Of a stretch of 54,632 nt of DNA, positions 52,401-54,632 are shown one piece after another. The translations under genes were made by a program, and so were the position numbers. The DNA comes from Paraglomus brasilianum. Taxonomy: Eukaryota. Numbering within the stretch: the stretch's first letter is position 1; every line of letters starts with the position of its first letter. The stretch lies in assembly GCA_910592345.1 (NCBI GenBank), contig CAJVPI010000097.1:1-54632 (forward strand), read 5' to 3'. Below the pieces are notes generated by a model. The model ran no database searches. It worked only from the letters and a program-made list of their open reading frames with translations, and was not told where the DNA came from.

Positions 52401-53897
52401 TCAAAACTTTGAAACTAAAAACATTTCCCAATTATCCCATACAAACTTGTCTGGACTAGATCTTATTGGAACCTCATAATAATATTTCTTGGCAATGCCA
52501 TCAGGACCAAAAAATAAATCATTATGACCAAAGTGAGGAAAAGAATTATCATTTTCTTGAATAGCACCATTGCTAGTAGTAACAGAACTGACAATGCTTT
52601 TCTCCAACTCCTCTCTATCTATTGTAAATATGAAACTTTCCGTGGATGCAACCCATTTCGTGGCCGAGGGAAAGGTCCATACTATCGGATTATATCCACC
52701 AAGAATCTCTTCAGTACCCACCACCTTTCCAACAGTAATTGTAGGCCCTTTGTTTCGACACTTTTCGATAAACTTTGAAACTTCATCACCATCCCTATTT
52801 CGTCTATAAAGTAGAGTTAGTTTATAGAAATCTCTTCGATTGATTTGCGCTCTTTGGTGTGCTTGACGTTTGGTTGATTCCATAATTTTCCGCGAAATCC
52901 ATGCTGCCTGTTGCTTGCTAAGAATCTCCGAGTCAATACTAGGCAATTGACTCTTCCGCAGTGGTAACATTCTTGTTGTTGGTTTATAATCTTGCAATAC
53001 ATAGTATTTGAATACATCTGAACGTAATTCTCTTGGCAATAATTCGACGTATGGGATAACAGTCTCACTAAAATCCTTGGAGGAAAAGTTAAAGAACCTT
53101 ATATGCTCTATGCAATCCGCCATGAGGTCTCTGATTGTGTCTACTTGGTTCGACGACCAGTTGTTTGGATCATTCACAAGTCCAGGAACTTGTCTAATGG
53201 CCCAACGCACGACTGACATCCAAATGTCACCTTCATCCATATTTAAATCGTCACTTTTCAGAAGCTCAATCAAGATATCCTTTGATCCAGTATCATCATT
53301 TTCAAAGAAAAGCTTTGGAGATAAAATCATGAGCTGAAAGCAATGATCCTTGAGATTTTCTAGCATCTCAGAAGCGAACGTGTAAGCTTTGAGAATATTT
53401 TGTTGTACCCACTCGTCTTGTTGAACAATCAAGTAACCTCCTATTGCAGCAACTAGATCGTCGAGGTTAAACTTTTTAGCTTCTTTCAAAAGATCAAGCC
53501 AGTTCATGTCTTTACATGAATTACAAAACACCTTCCCGGTGTAGATAAATCTTTAGAATAATATTTAAGTAAGGTTAAAAGGTAATAATAGTTTATTCGA
53601 CTACTGCTAATAAATGAATATTTACCTAAGCAAAATGTCAAAGATGTTAGGTGCCACGTCTTCGAGTACGACAGTTGGTCGCTGAACATTGTTAGATTCG
53701 ATAGAGTGTTCGGTTATTTTACTTTCAAGATATGTGCTTCTTGTGCACAACACCACTGTATGAGCAACAAATATTTTGTCGTTCGGTTCTCTCCCGACAT
53801 GAACGAGAACATCGGTATATTTTTTACTTTCATAGAGCTTCTCATAGTCAAGAGAAAGACGAGAAGATAAATCAACGACGACGTCGGCGTTATTCAT
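52401..53897 (-). CDS. BTB/POZ-BACK-TLDc domain protein (2 exons)
   Basis: Exon 53897-53626 (YTDVLVHVG...FVAHTVVLCTRS...PNIFDILLR), intron 53625-53551, then exon 53550-52401 (FIYTG...LLKSDDLNMDEGDIWMSVVRWA...IRFF...LLYRRNRDG...KGPTITV...ILGGYNP...ESFIF). Confidence 0.92.
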
Positions 53898-54632
53898 TTT
53901 GAGGATAATGTGAAAAATTGATCTACGTAAGGCATATTAATTTCTTTATATGGAACAGTCGTCATACTTACTGTTCCACGAATCCATCGAATGGAGCGAT
54001 GGGCATTAAGTTAACAATTCACATACATGCACTTTAAGGACGACACATATTGTTTGATACAATATATTGCAACAAAACCAGACAAAGTAAAAGTGAACAT
54101 GATGCCACGGAAAGATTTCAGGGCCCAAAACTGCTGAACGTCCCAAATTTATCTGACCCAGTTTTCTTTACATTAATTTGCATTTTATTAAAAGCGAGGT
54201 TTGAACGAACTAATTCGAAACGTGGCTTTGTTTGAAGTAAACTAACTGTTTGCTGTTTCAAATCCGTGGTGTTTAATATTAATGAAGACTCATAATTCTG
54301 ATCGGCGTTCATAGTCTTCCATATAGAATATTATTTTTTTTGTGCTAATACCAAATTTTTGTGATATTTACTGAAGATGTTCCGACGAAACCTTGTAGCC
54401 CTGCGCCTTCCGAGAAACTTCCTGCAGCGCTATGTAATAATCCATAAGTCTGCTCTGTAATACCAAGAATCCATAAATATATTTAGAAATTAACATAAGA
54501 AACCATGTTAGATTTATACCTCCAGGAGGGACCGTACCCTATATATGGAAATACGTAACACAATTCATTAAAGTCAATATTTATACTATTTAAAATATTT
54601 TTTGAAGGGGCTCATGTGCCCGATGTCAGATA

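Noticed and set aside
54050..54632. Possible gene remnant at the window end
   Set aside because: Frames are interrupted and show no identifiable motif; it cannot be supported without flanking sequence.

Overview
AT-rich, intron-dense eukaryotic DNA from an early-diverging fungus, probably Glomeromycota-like (inferred from short GT-AG introns and a BTB-BACK-TLDc gene family that is expanded in arbuscular mycorrhizal fungi). I reconstructed 12 protein-coding genes by hand. Eight are recognisable: an ACAP-type BAR-PH-ArfGAP-ANK gene, TRS23, a SNF2/STH1 ATPase, POP1, a PMP47/PMP34-type peroxisomal carrier, SEY1, a cPLA2/lysophospholipase and intronless TTI1. The others are a BTB-BACK-TLDc gene, a SHOCT/poly-Q protein, a conserved unknown and a multi-pass membrane protein. 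A thirteenth gene, missing from the ORF track, has 5 exons and encodes an acidic coiled-coil protein whose last intron switches it between soluble and tail-anchored forms. Intergenic DNA holds a short Helitron between POP1 and the carrier gene, a pogo/Tigger deletion derivative nested in a decayed RLE-type non-LTR retrotransposon, a ~490-bp foldback and an interstitial (TTAGGG)4. The most notable signal is RIP-like CpA->TpA/TpG->TpA hypermutation of the decayed retrotransposon, and possibly of other relics, in a lineage where RIP is not established to my knowledge. All translations, splice calls and counts are by eye; no searches were run.
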